Below are positions 39,701 through 51,659 of a stretch of 64,000 nt of DNA, one piece after another. This DNA is from Tubulanus polymorphus. Lineage: Eukaryota; Animalia; Nemertea. Each line of letters starts with the position of its first letter. Position 1 is the first letter of the stretch. The stretch covers positions 12,426,850-12,490,849 of the forward strand of contig NC_134029.1 in assembly GCF_964204645.1 (NCBI RefSeq), read 5' to 3'. The notes beneath the pieces were generated by a model. The model saw nothing but the letters and a program-made list of their open reading frames with translations. It was not told the origin of the DNA and did no database searches. A program made the position numbers and the translations under genes.

Positions 39701-42700
39701 TTCGTGACTTCGTATAATTTGACGTTCCTGACGCGAGACCGTACGGAGATGCACCCGAGGTGTAAACTTTATGAACTGGAGAAATGATTAAATTCAGGAG
39801 TTCAACTCTTGACATGATTAATTTTATACAAGTCTTACATTTTCGTCTTTTCTGAACAAGGAGAGGAGTTCCACCGCTATTTTCTGTCTCAGTGCCAATT
39901 ATTATTATTCGTCTTAATGAGAGGACCAGTTCGATCGGGGACGTATCGGCAGTAGTTAGATGAAGACCATCAATCGAGGATTCGAACCCCCAATCTTTGT
40001 ATCGACTGACGGCCTTTATCCAGGGGAAGTCATGACAAAGTGTCATACGGAGCGAACGGTAGATGTTGGGAGAACTAGGTTCGATCGCGTGCGAAATCCT
40101 GGCCAGGTAGTCGCCTACGAGGATGCTGAGCCCTGATCATGGAATGAGAAGACTGAATATTTTTATTTGATTATAATTTCGACAAGAACTGATATCTTTT
40201 CCCTGAGGAGGAATTACTTCCCCCAATATTTTCGCATAACCCGATTATATTGTCTCAGGGCGAACCCTAGTAGCAAACGCCTATTGCATCTATTATATAC
40301 GTAAACATATAAAGACCCGCTACCCAGGAGAGATACGCTACATTTGCTATTCTACCAGTTTGGATGGATTACCGAATAGACTAGTACCGTTATAGGCCGA
40401 CTCTACTGTATATCACTTAGGGCGAGACCGCCACCTCTACTGTATATCACTTTGGGGTGAGAGGACGTTAACAGAATTATCCAACTCAAAACAGAACAAA
40501 CTATATTTTGAAGAAGAATTCACGATTGATTTTTATTAATTATCTTATGTTGCGATACATCATAGGACGATTCACACTGTAGAGCATCAAACATTCGATT
40601 TAACAACTTAAATATCGGTATAAACAGAAGATGCTACATATTCACATAGTTTCAAGCTGCATATTTACAATTTCATATTATAATATTCATTGGCCCTGTT
40701 ACTTATTTGATTGGTATTTTTTTTTCATTTGGTATAACAAACTCATCACACCTTCTGGAGACAAAACAGGGGCTTTGATTTTGAAATCAAAGATTCACAT
40801 ATAGTTGTGTGATTGGTGGTCAAATAAACAGAGTTTTCTTGTGGAAATTTTATGTTTTGGTAGTTTTCCCTGTATGAATAGTTGTTTTTAAACCCAACTT
40901 CGTACAATACCATTATAGTTTATCAATGTTAGCTATGCATTTTGTTATTTTAGATAAATACATCTCGGGGACCATCAGCTCTCAGCGACGATGTGTATGA
41001 GATCATGCTTTCTGTGCTAAGTGGAAAGAAGATGCTCTCATCATATCCAGTTACTTCCGGTGACAAAAAATATGATGCTGTGCGCAAAAATGCTGCAAAT
41101 AAGTTATCTTCAAAAGCTTACATATGTCAAAAAGTTAACAACAAAAATGAAATTATATTCCTAAAAACGAGAAAAATTATTCCAAAATCATCAGCCATTG
41201 CCTCAATTATTGATCAGTACCACACGAGCATGGCTGGATCAGGTTCATCCAAATTAGTAGGAGCAATCAGCAGCAGTTTCCATGGTATATCAAAGCAAAC
41301 TATCCAAGATCATCTTAATTCGAAGCCAACGCACACGATACGGAATCCATTATTTACGAACAAGCCACCTATTAAGAATATAACAGCATCTGCTCCGATG
41401 AGCCGGGTACAAATAGATTTAGTACTAATGGAAGAAGTTGAGAACGAAGGATCTACGTACAGATATGTGTGCAGTGTGATTGACGTATTTAGTAGGTTCC
41501 TTTGGTTACGCCCAATTCAGAACAAAACATCGAAAACGGTGGCCGAAGTGACAAAAAATATATTCTGTGAGTTCGGCAACCCGCAATACGTACAGACCGA
41601 TAATGGAACGGAATTCAAAGGAGAGTTTGATTCATTTTTGAAGACTGCAAAAATAAAGCATATATTTGGTTCGCCTAGGCATCCCCAATCACAAGGAAAA
41701 GTAATGATTATATTTTGATTGAAAAAATTGGGAAGTAGTTTTTGTATTACAAATTTAACAATGTTTTTACCGTTCTTTACAGTCCGAAAGATCACATGGG
41801 AGCTGGAAGAAGATGCTTCGGTACCTACTCGGGAGAGATGATGAGACAAATTGGGTTGCGCACATTCCTGAGCTCCAGAGAATTATGAATCAACGATCAC
41901 ATAAAGCATTTTGTATGTAATTAGGGTATTCTGCCTACCTTTGTTAGAAACCTTATTGTTATCCTAGCTATCATAATAATAGCCCTACTCCTCTGTTATT
42001 TCTAAACTGCAAATTTGCAGTATAGAAGATACTACACCTTAATATCTACCGCGCTGGAACCGGGTGTATTGTACCTTTCAAATTTTAGGGGTCCAAAGAT
42101 AGATATACCCCTTGGCAATAAGCTTCGTGCGGTATTGTCATCACCTGTCTCCATCTGGGCAGGGTGATGTGAAATAGGCATTATGGAACTCGTTCTTGCT
42201 CTACAATCTACACTTTTTAATGATTTTTGTATGTGTATGAAACTTGTCAGGAATATGTACCCTATTACAATTTTGTGATCTGAACATGACTCACTCACTG
42301 GCCGAAGGGTATTCGTTACGTATGTCTGGTTTAACCAGGCTTTTCCTATCAATTCATCTGCTATGAAAATACTAATTTTCTTTTTCAGCCGATAAGATGA
42401 CTCCTTTCGAAGTATTTTTTGCCAGGAAGCACAATCAAGGTGAAGGCCTTCAAAATGGTCAGATGACGAAAGCAGACTCCGTAGATGAAGAAAATACTTC
42501 AGATGTGGCTTCTTCAAATGTGAATACAGTAAAACCCCTTGCATGAATACCTCCCTATAGTGAACACCTCCTATAATGAACACCCTATGTGCGGTCCCAA
42601 AACCTAAAATACATGCATCAGTACTTATGCGTTAACACAGTCATAGACGCAGTATTACATCAAGATCATGACCTCCCTATAGTGGACAGTGAGCACTTTT

Positions 42701-45700
42701 TCTAGTAGAGATGGTCCGTTATGGTATGTGCCAACCTGGCTATTTAGTCACTTCGATCACACATTCTGCTCAGGTGTTGTACCAAACTATCTCTCTAAAG
42801 TACTTGGATAATTGATGCGATAAGTTATCCTACTTTAATGAAAGTGTATTGCAGTCATGATTTAGATCAATTTAGTGTTTGGCTGTGTAGTTGTGGATTC
42901 ATAAGAACATACCTGGTGTCGTCCCATGTCACATCATTACCTAACCCTCCCCATAGTGAACACTTTGCTTGGTCCCGATGGCGTTCACTATACAGAGGCT
43001 TTACTCTACTTCAGATGTGACTAGTAATAATACATGTTGATGATGTGTTATATAACACATGAAACTTTTGTACTTTAAAATTTCAAGCTCACTGCCTGGG
43101 GGAATGAATCCGCTTCAAAGCGAAAAGCAGCTGAAGCACTTTCAACTGTATATAATGCTGCAATGGTCAAGGGACATAAGAATAGATACCCTTGTTCCCA
43201 GTATGAACCTGGACACCGTGTTTTGGTGAATGTAAGTACTTGTTAAATCTGCATTCTTTCATCCAGTGTGGAAATAAAGCTTGAAATGCTTTTATCTTCC
43301 ATTTATACACATTGTGTATTCAATCAACATTACTGGCTTAGGGGTATTGCCATCTGTCAGGAAGAGAATGCTCCTGCTCTAAAGTCTACTTCTGTTTTGA
43401 ACCAATTTTCTGATTACATGGTAGGTGAATAATGGATGGAAGATGTGCTGTATTGTTTTTACTCGTGTAGATTATCCAAGATAGCCGCCACAGCTATATT
43501 TATAGAGCCTTCATAGTGTAGCTCTAGTTACATTTTATGTACAATTATTAAAGAATTTACCAATTTTCAACCCCCTCCCTATATTTTACAAACTTCCAAA
43601 AAATCTGCTTCCCCTAGTACGTGCAATGAGTTCTAAATCAGTTTATCATTATCAGGCAACAGCAATGAAAAAGACGAAACTTTATAGTAAGACTGGGCCA
43701 AAGTGCCATAAAGGAGTCATCCTAAAGGTCGGTAAAATGGGAAGAAAGTACCAAGTCCTGGTCAAAAATTCTCTGTTGTGGGTGGATATTAGTATGCTGA
43801 CATCCCTGACAAGGATGAAGCAAAAGAAGCTTTTAGGAACTAAATGTAAGTACTAACGGAATTAACTGTTTCCAAAAGTGCACTGATTCATTAGAATTAT
43901 TCACACTTGCATAAAAGAGGTTTTACTGTAATTACTGATGAATGATGTTGTTTTATTCTATGACAGCTCCTCTAAATAGATATTGTATGTGTGTTTCCAA
44001 GTGCAAGAAGACAAGGGCACCGAAGTGTGAAAACTATATGCACAGAGACTGCTGCAAGAGTGCAGGAAAAAAGTGTGCTCTTCACAATATCCTGTAAGTA
44101 ATCATCCGATTGATTGATTTGTAGATAGATGAAATTTATCTGAAATTTATCTCAAGTGAGTGGTGAGAATTATATATATATATATGGTGTATCTGCACAT
44201 ATTCTGTCTTTTATAACACGTTCTCAATATACTCGTAATGGCTCAAGTCCATTATAGCATTAAATAGTTCCAGCAGAGACTTATCACATTGGAACGGTAT
44301 TTGGAATTAATCCGCCAATATTGGACTGATTGAATCTTACGACATTACGCCATAGGGACGTGCGAACATACCGACATACCGACAAACCGACGAACCGACA
44401 AACCGACGAACCGACAAACCGACGAACCGACATACCGACGAACCGACATACCGACGAACCGACAAAAAGACAAATCCGTGCGTGGATTACCCTTATATAA
44501 AGTGGCTGGGATCGAGGGGCTGCGTGGTTGCGTGGATTACCCTGGTTATATAATGTGGCTGGGATCGAGGGGCTGCGTGGTTGCATGGATTACCCTTATA
44601 TAATGTGGCTGGGATCGAGGGGCTGGGTGGTGCGTGGATTACCCTTATATAATGTGGCTGGGATCGAGGGGTTGTGTGGTGCATGGATTACCCTTTTATA
44701 AAGTGGTTGGGATCGAGGGGCTGTGTGGTTGAGTGGATTACCCTTATATAATGTGGCTAGGATCGACGGACAGGGTTTTTCCGTGGATTACACGTGGCTG
44801 GATCGAGGGCATACGAGTTTGTCGGTTTAACGGTATGTCGGTTTGTCGGTTCGTCGGTTTGTCGGTATGTCGGTTCGTCGGTTTGTCGGTATGTCGGTTT
44901 GTCGGTTTGTCGGTTTGTTTTGAAAAATACGCAGCCGAATTACTCCTTTTCTAAAAATGTATCCTTGAGCGGGAACTATTCCACGCTATACTGGACTTGA
45001 ACCCTGGTAAGATTTTATGATGGCTTATATGATGGATTTAATGGACAACTATGAAAGTGTATTTAATTGAGAATGGTTTTCCATTTTAGGGGTGATGAAA
45101 CCATTTCTACTGAAACCAGGCACATTATGGATCGCGTTGTTGGTGAGGTAGAGCATTTTTTGTGAATTCTGTCAAATCAATCCTATCGGATCTTTTCATT
45201 TGAAATCTTCATTTAGAGTACCAGATCTATTTAAGGACTTGAATTGTTGTGTTAATGAATATACATAATAGGAGGCTAAACTTTGCCATAATTTTTCAGT
45301 TTAAGATAGTTGCTAATTCGTAAGTATTTTTTGGCTCACACCAAATCATGTGTATACAAGTGACGCATGCACATGGTTTCTGTTTTGATTTTCACACCAT
45401 TTAATTTAATGTGAGTGGTTTAAATTAATTCGAAAATAACAGTTGGTATTATTTGTCAAAGGGTATATATATATATTTACATCTTGGTGTATGTGCACAT
45501 ATTCTGCCTTTTATAACACGCTATCAATGTGAAACACATGTATTTACTTTAATCTCTGCAGGTGCTTTAGCGTATGTGTCTGTGTGTCTGGAAGACACAT
45601 GGACCAGTACACTATTGATATCTTAACAAATCATATATCATATTCTTTGATTATCCCGTGATCAGTTTACGGTCTAGGTATTGTGTCATTGCTTTTTAGC

Positions 45701-47806
45701 CAACTAGTCCCAGCGGGCTATGAAGGTTCAGTTTGTAGGTCCGTAGACAGAATCCAGTTATTTAAGGAAGTTTTACAGATGCTGCGGTAGACAGTTGATA
45801 GTTAAGCACTTCAAACCAGCTCCCAAGTGGGCAAAGTGGGCCTGCACCCCTAGTCTTAGTGTATTTTTCTAATTCTGCTACACTATGCTTTTACGCTATG
45901 TATGTAGTGAAATAATCATGTAATATCCATAAAACCCCTGTGTGATCACATTAATTGTATCGTTTTTCTTTAACATTCCAGTTGAATGCAGACACTCATC
46001 ATATTGATCAATGTGCGCAACAAATATCTGATAAGATTAAAGCTAGTAACAGGTAAGCCATACTATAAACTATAACTGTAATGGTTTGCAATTTCCACAC
46101 GTTAATTCATACCAATATCTCATTCCTGAATATTTCAGCTCTGATCAGGGTGACAGCAACGCTCACAAGCAGGGCGTGGAAGGAATGATGACTCTTATTA
46201 AGACAGTGAAGTGAGTAGTCATGATGAATGTACAGTCCACCCCGATATCCCGCCCTCCCCGCCTACCGCCAGGTTTTCTCCATGTACATCTCAAAACACC
46301 TCCGATATACCGCCATACTCTCTATAGTGTCATACTCTCTATACCGCCAAAATCGTTCTGCACTGATGTGGGCGCAGTATACCAGGGGTTGACATTAGTG
46401 GTAAAGCAAAATTATTTTGATATTAGACACTGGTATCAAACTGCCTCAAGCTTTATTGTATTTAATCCTAATGGTCTAAGAGCAGTCAATGGTAAAGTAT
46501 GAATCATTTTTACTTACAGAGATGTTTCGCAGCTAGAAGATAAGCAATTAACTTATTTGGTTATGCAGAATGAGTGCTATTTGAGGAATATTTTCCAGGG
46601 AAAGGTAGTGTACTTAAAATAATCATATATACCAGTCATTAGCGATTAATTTTGTGTTCAGGTGTCGTACAAAACTATCTCTCTAAGGTATTATATTAGT
46701 CTTCCATGACTGATATGTATCACAGTATTCATTACTTGTAGTCAACAGTAATGCTCATTTTATATATATATACTTTTAGACTAAATGTCGACGCCATGAA
46801 GACTACAAGAATGGCGGAAAGAGCAGGCGTAAGTTGAAAATTAAGTACAATAACCAGTAACTAATACCCTGGTAACCAAGTGTTTATGTGCCTTGCTTAC
46901 TGTATTTCAGGTAACTTGACCTTGCAAGTACCAATCACTTTGTACAGTGATGCGCAATGTGATGTAATAATAAAGGGATTAATGGACATGTTTTGCCCAA
47001 CTGATACGAAGGTTTGTATATACCGGTAAAGCTTTAAGTAATTTACCCTAGTATATCAAATATTGCGTATGTAACCCACTTAAGTGAGCCATTTCTGTGT
47101 AGACGAAATATTTTGGGTTGTTTTAAATATGCTTCAATGCTTGTCTCGCTATGTTCACCAGGGGTTGTTTAATAGTAGATGTTCCATCCTCCCCCGGCAG
47201 GGTTCGTACCCGATGGCATTGGCACAAAACCCTGCCACACTAGACTGAGTGCGCAGCTACCAGGCAGCTTAGATGATGACATTATTAGCAAATCAGATAT
47301 CCCGGGTTTTCCCATTCTTAGTTGTTCCGTGAAATTTACCTCCGCGATTCTACAACAAGCAATCTGATTGGTGCCGTAAGTTTTCGCGTGGCAAAGCTGC
47401 ACACCCGGTCAAGTGTGGCAGGGGTTTGTGCCGTGTGGCTGAGTGAAGCGATGCCATCGGGTTCGAATCCCTGCTGTGGGAGGATGTAGATGTACCTGCA
47501 TATATTGTTATATTTTGTATGTACTGCATTTTAATGTCATTGATTCCTTAATTTGTTCACAGGGGGCATTGAATATTGAAATTGTCTGATTGCTAAGCAT
47601 TTCAGCGAATGTGCATGTTGTCTCTTAACACTTTGTTAGCCCGACCTCACCAAACTTTTGAATTATATTTTCAGTACATGGATTATGTGTTTCGAGTTTT
47701 GTTGCCAGAAACACTGATAAAGATCTATATGGAGGTCCATCAAACATCACATGAACTAGCAGAAGAACGCTTGGCCGATGCTCTTTTGGGAAGTGAAAGT
47801 GATTAA
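30784..47806 (+). CDS. Spliced USP(C19)-integrase fusion transposase, ~974 aa, ~26 exons
   Basis: GT-AG exons with consistent phase and no internal stop: 30784-30789 (tentative), 31585-31783, 32274-32355, 33283-33320, 33402-33472, 34073-34158, 34341-34415, 34549-34633, 34876-34989, 35164-35238, 35846-35872, 40954-41700, 41783-41912, 42389-42519, 43088-43231, 43656-43845, 43967-44093, 45090-45147, 45300-45319, 45562-45571 (tentative), 45982-46052, 46139-46210, 46520-46604, 46780-46828, 46911-47011, 47675-47806 (TAA). Confidence 0.72.
30935..31545. repeat. ~148-bp tandem repeat (~4 copies) in the first intron
   Basis: AAGACTCATCGGGCAAATGTGATGAG recurs at ~31035, 31184, 31332 and 31463. Confidence 0.9.
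31585..35238 (+). CDS. Ubiquitin-specific protease (peptidase C19) domain, 9 exons
   Basis: Cys box GLRNPGNVCFLNSVVQCL (Cys 31621); QQQDVMEFF; finger pairs CLEC and CSEC; PDFIVIDLKRY; His box YELYAVITHRGVEVTSGHFVAY (His 34933); WALADDD; YGCFY. Confidence 0.9.
32378..33120 (-). mobile_element. Decayed Helentron/HINE-like copy containing a palindromic MITE (~32406-32706), intronic
   Basis: The end TTCAAACCACCTTCCAAGTGGGCATGG...GGACCCCTAGT is the reverse complement of the start of the 1247 element. The inner MITE resembles 47185-47486. Confidence 0.5.
33750..33960 (+). pseudogene. L2/CR1-type LINE ORF2 3' fragment in an intron
   Basis: RATRS...LMVPRT...GDHVFKSYGPRLWNTLPVDMR resembles the L2 C-terminal GDRAFSxxxPxLWNxLP motif. 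Confidence 0.65.
35313..35410 (-). repeat. Inverted partial copy of the intron-1 148-bp repeat
   Basis: Reverse complement of 31197-31294 with 2 mismatches in 98 nt. Confidence 0.92.
36230..36404 (-). mobile_element. Internally deleted Helentron/HINE-like fragment
   Basis: Reverse complement of ~2185-2340 joined to the element start GGACCCCTAGTTT. Confidence 0.6.
36941..39056. mobile_element. CACTA/EnSpm (CMC)-like non-autonomous element
   Basis: TIRs CCCTTACAAAAAAT ... ATTTTTTGTAAGGG, 2-bp TSD AT, dense subterminal CACATGTG repeats at both ends. Confidence 0.75.
40954..43845 (+). CDS. Retroviral-like DDE integrase (KRBA2/SCAND3/GingerRoot type) and its C-terminal region, 5 exons
   Basis: RVQID (D 41416), VIDVFSRFLWLRP, QTDNGTEF (D 41599), HPQSQGK|SERSH (E 41786, across an intron; D34E), NWVAHIP, TPFEVFFAR, YEPGHRVLV, WVDISMLTSLT. 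Confidence 0.9.
42527..43006. mobile_element. Tc1/pogo (Tigger-like) MITE in an integrase intron
   Basis: TA|CAGTAAAACCCCT ... AGAGGCTTTACTC|TA, with internal inverted TATAGTGAACA motifs. Confidence 0.55.
44240..45003. mobile_element. Palindromic MITE with inverted 8-bp microsatellite arms and a ~52-bp central minisatellite
   Basis: TIRs GGCTCAAGTCCATTATAGC / GCTATACTGGACTTGAACC. (ACCGACAA/ACCGACGA)n on the left, its reverse complement on the right. GGATTACCCTTATATAATGTGGCTGGGATCGAGGGG repeats in the centre. Confidence 0.7.
45693..45853 (-). mobile_element. Minimal Helentron/HINE-like remnant retaining both ends
   Basis: AGTCCCAGCGGGCTAT...AATCCAGTTATTT...TTCAAACCAGCTCCCAAGTGGGC...CCCCTAGT matches the reverse complement of both ends of 1247-2659. 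Confidence 0.55.
47185..47486. mobile_element. TIR MITE with a 9-bp TSD in the last intron
   Basis: CATCCTCCC...GGGAGGATG with long imperfect arms; flanks TAGATGTTC / TAGATGTAC. Confidence 0.7.
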
Positions 47807-49957
47807 GACACTGAAAGCTGATCAATTGCCATATCTATAGTCGTTATTACGAGGTTCCACTGTTACATGATTGAAGTGTATGTTCCATCCATGCTTTTCG
47901 TAATTGACTTTGTGTTTTACATAGAGCAAAATATTTTTCATATACGTGGCAATGTACGTTGTATATTATAATTCATTGATACTGAAACAAAGTAATTTTG
48001 TATTGGTATATTAAGTATGTTGAACTGTTCTGACAATCACATATCACTGATGTTTTTCATATTCTTTTTTATTGTTTGGTGAAAACGAAAACATTCAAAT
48101 AATGTACGTAGAGTAGGTATTGGGTTAGGAAAATTTTATCAACAAAACAAACGTCCGTTGTGTTTTGTCTTTTATAAGCTTCGAGAGAACTAAGTATCAG
48201 TGGATAGAAAGAGGTACATGTATATAATATTCCTGTGTATATATTTTTTAATGTCAACGCAGAGGGATGTAAAATTAGAATCTTGTAAAATTGACATGTT
48301 CATTTTAAAAGAGATTATACATATGGTTATTATATTAATTTGGTCCTTTAGATGTAATATGCATTTGTATGTTTACTGATATATTTTATATGATAATAGA
48401 GCATAATTCAGACACATACATAGATGTACTGGCCATATCTTTTATCCTATTTTTATCAAATGTCAAAATGCTCAATAACATATTAAATCATTTCATACTT
48501 ATAACTACATATCTAGCTCTGTTTTCGAATAGATCTGAAGTTAACTAGTCTACATATCATATAACTCAATAAAAAGTCTAATTCACTTAGGCTTAGATGC
48601 ATGAAATCAAAATATTTGATATGCGTAGTATGAAAACTTGGGCCTAGTCAAATGTTTACACTAAATTTGGCTAAATGAAATAGATTAAAATACTTACCTG
48701 TAAATATCAGCGAATAGAAAGAGTAAGATATATAAAATTCATGTGTATATGTATCGAGAGATTTAAAATCTGAATAACTTTCTGAGTCACTGCGACTATA
48801 TATCTACCCTTGGGCTAGCTGGTGTCAGATGGCCTAATATTTAATTAAATACAAACTATTCGTGCAATCGATCGCTATTACTCGTCGATTACTGCACGCT
48901 ATTACTACCTTGTTTGAGTGTATCGTCAAACCGCCAGATTGTATAACATTGATAATGGATAAGTTTGTTTAATGATAATAGTGATAAATATCAATTGAGC
49001 AAGATGGTAGATACACAGGTGCTCACAGTAATTCACAGTTTTAATTCGACTGATTTTCCTGAAAATTGAGACAAAACAACGTGTTTGCCGATAAATAATC
49101 AAAGTAAAATAAAGTCTGCCTTTCCGTCTGCCATCTAAACTTCGCATCAATGAAAAACTGATATTATCAGATTGACACATGCATTTACAATAAAGAATAT
49201 ATGTGAAATTAAGTGTTGCTAAATATTTGTAATATGCTCACACTATACATGCTACGTTTCACAAGTACGATCGTCTTTCCAGTATGCATAGCAATTTAGT
49301 TATTTTTTGAATTACACTACTTATATTTTCTAGACGAATCATTTGTAGTGCATTTATGAATGACATAAATAAAGGTATTTTGTATTAATTAAGTTTGGTT
49401 TCAATTGTTTTTATGCCATTCTTTGTAACAAGGCTACGTACGTTGCTGACGAGCAAAGAAGATTGCATACAGATCGTTGCAATTCCTAGATACGATTCCT
49501 GTCAATTAAGTTCTCTCTATGTTTGTTGTAAAAAATACGTTCTGGATCTGGAACTTGGCAATAAGCAAATGAAACATGGTGTATAGACTGCCAAAAGAAC
49601 TATCGTTTCAAGAGCATCGCCACTAGGAATAATCATCTAGAAATTCGAGGAAAAGCTGTGCGATTTGTTAGGGATAAGTGAATAACTTAAATTTCACAAT
49701 TTTCAAAGATTGCCCTAGCTACGCTTATAGGGGTAGGAGATAGAAAATATCTATGCACGTTGTATGTATATTCGAAAGAATACCCACAATGAGCTAGTTT
49801 TTTTGTAATTTATACATGAAATATCAAATTAACATATAACTGAATAGTGCATGGAGATTTCATACACTAGTTTGTTAGTTATTCGAATCAAATGTTTCGT
49901 TGAAAGCACTGGCTTGAAATTATGTTTTTGTTGTTATAATTTTGAATATGAATAAAC

Positions 49958-51553
49958 GGTTGTAGGTAAAAATCCCCTGGGTAAAAATCCCCTAGGTAAA
50001 AATCCCCAATTATTCAAAGTAGGTAAAAGTCCCCCACCTTTTGAATGGAGTCCAAATTAGATACAATTTTAAGGTCAATTTATTCGTATTAATATATTCT
50101 ATTTATTATTTACCTTATAATTGCGTTACATAGAAATATCATGTATAGAAGTTATCGCATTTCAATGAAAAATACAAAATTAGAAGTTAATTAATTCACA
50201 AAATCGCATCACAATAAAAATTACAAATTGGTTGTTCATTAATACTGTATCGCACAAAATATAAGTTAAAAAGAAAACAATCGCACAGTTCAAACATATT
50301 ATGATTTTAATTTTCAAAAAGCACTCTAAATTAAAAGTCTATTTATAACGCACAGCTTAAATAATATATCACAAGTAAAAAATGGCTCATCAAATAGGTA
50401 AAAGATATTACATTTTGAAGTTTAAAAAGTATTACAAATTAGAAGTTAATTAATGTACAAAATCGCATCACATTGTAAATCACATCGCACAGTACTGCAT
50501 CGCGCAAAATATAAGTTAAAAAGAGGTCATCGCACAGTTCAGTTTTATTTTCAAAAAGTACTCCAAGTTAAAAGTTACTTTAGTTAACGTTTATCAATTC
50601 TAATTTCCAAGCGGAATGTTATGACCCACACCACGCAGGAAATCGGCCATATTCAAATGTCCATCATTGTATTGTCGACACAGTATTTTTAATCGTTCGT
50701 GTAACGGACGATGGATGTTGCTAACCCGTCGTTGTGGAACTCCACCGATGGCGTTTTCCATTATCTTGGTGCTTGTGACACTCTGTTCCATTTGAATGGT
50801 ACGGATGGCGCGCCATATAGAAGGGTGTTTGTGCCCAATCAAATTGCGGAATCTGTTGTTCCATCCTTCTGAAACATTATTAGTTTTGGGGTCAGAGTTT
50901 AAAGTTGCTCGATTTACGTTCCATCTCTCGGGTGCGAATCTCGGAGCAATTCTCCGTATTATGTGTCGATTCTCTTCTCCGATTCTTCTTTCCCTATATG
51001 TTCCATTAACATATGTCGCATCGAAGTAGTTAATAAGAGGATCACAACCATCTGGGGCAACATCTCGTAGATGTTGCATTCCCGCCACAACATCCGCAGT
51101 GGGAAGAAATGCCAAACCATCAAGCCCACAGAATAACTTGAAATCGTCCTCATTCTGATACCTGAATACATAAGAGTAAATGAGTCAACAACAATTTGTA
51201 CAAAATCATTCAATTATTTTAAAAATTAAAAAAAGGTCATTTTCTTACCGATTTGCCATCCCGAGCTCTTGTATCTTGCGCCAGGTTGATTGTCTTAGGT
51301 GATAAAAACAACCCTGAATCTGCAGTGCATCGCCGAAGACAGCTCTTAACGCGTGATGAACATCTCAAAGTCCACTATAACTGTATCGGGATCAATACCA
51401 TCGACATTTTCACTGATGGCATTGAACAAATCCTCGTATGTACCTTCTGACTTCCGCTGTAAGAATGTGTACACTAAAGGAACTGTTATATTGTCAACCA
51501 AAGGAGCATGGATGACATACACCTGAGAAAAAAGTGGTGGTGCCATCGCAAAG
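49958..51553 (-). mobile_element. Truncated Mutator (MULE) transposon, one TIR plus the 3' part of the transposase
   Basis: TIR GGTTGTAGGTAAAAATCCCC with internal repeats at 49958; transposase remnants upstream on the minus strand. Confidence 0.8.
50600..51553 (-). pseudogene. MULE transposase pseudogene fragment (two exons, 5' truncated, frameshifted)
   Basis: FAMAPPLFSQVYVIH...VPLVYTFL...KSEGTY...IVDFE; FYHLRQSTWRKIQELG; AFLP...YFDATYV...WNV...TNNVSEGWNNRF...HPSIW. Confidence 0.88.
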
Positions 51554-51659
51554 TTCACAAAGGATATTGGTGAGGAATTAAAAACTTGAAAGCAGCAAGC
51601 GGAAAACAGTTCGATTTAAATTTTTCGTAATTCAAAGTAAGCATAGACAAAGAGCTAAC

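Noticed and set aside
42032-42583. 183-aa minus-strand ORF (also 39498-40046 and 36520-36999)
   Set aside because: No recognisable motifs. They overlap MITE, intron or antisense exon sequence.
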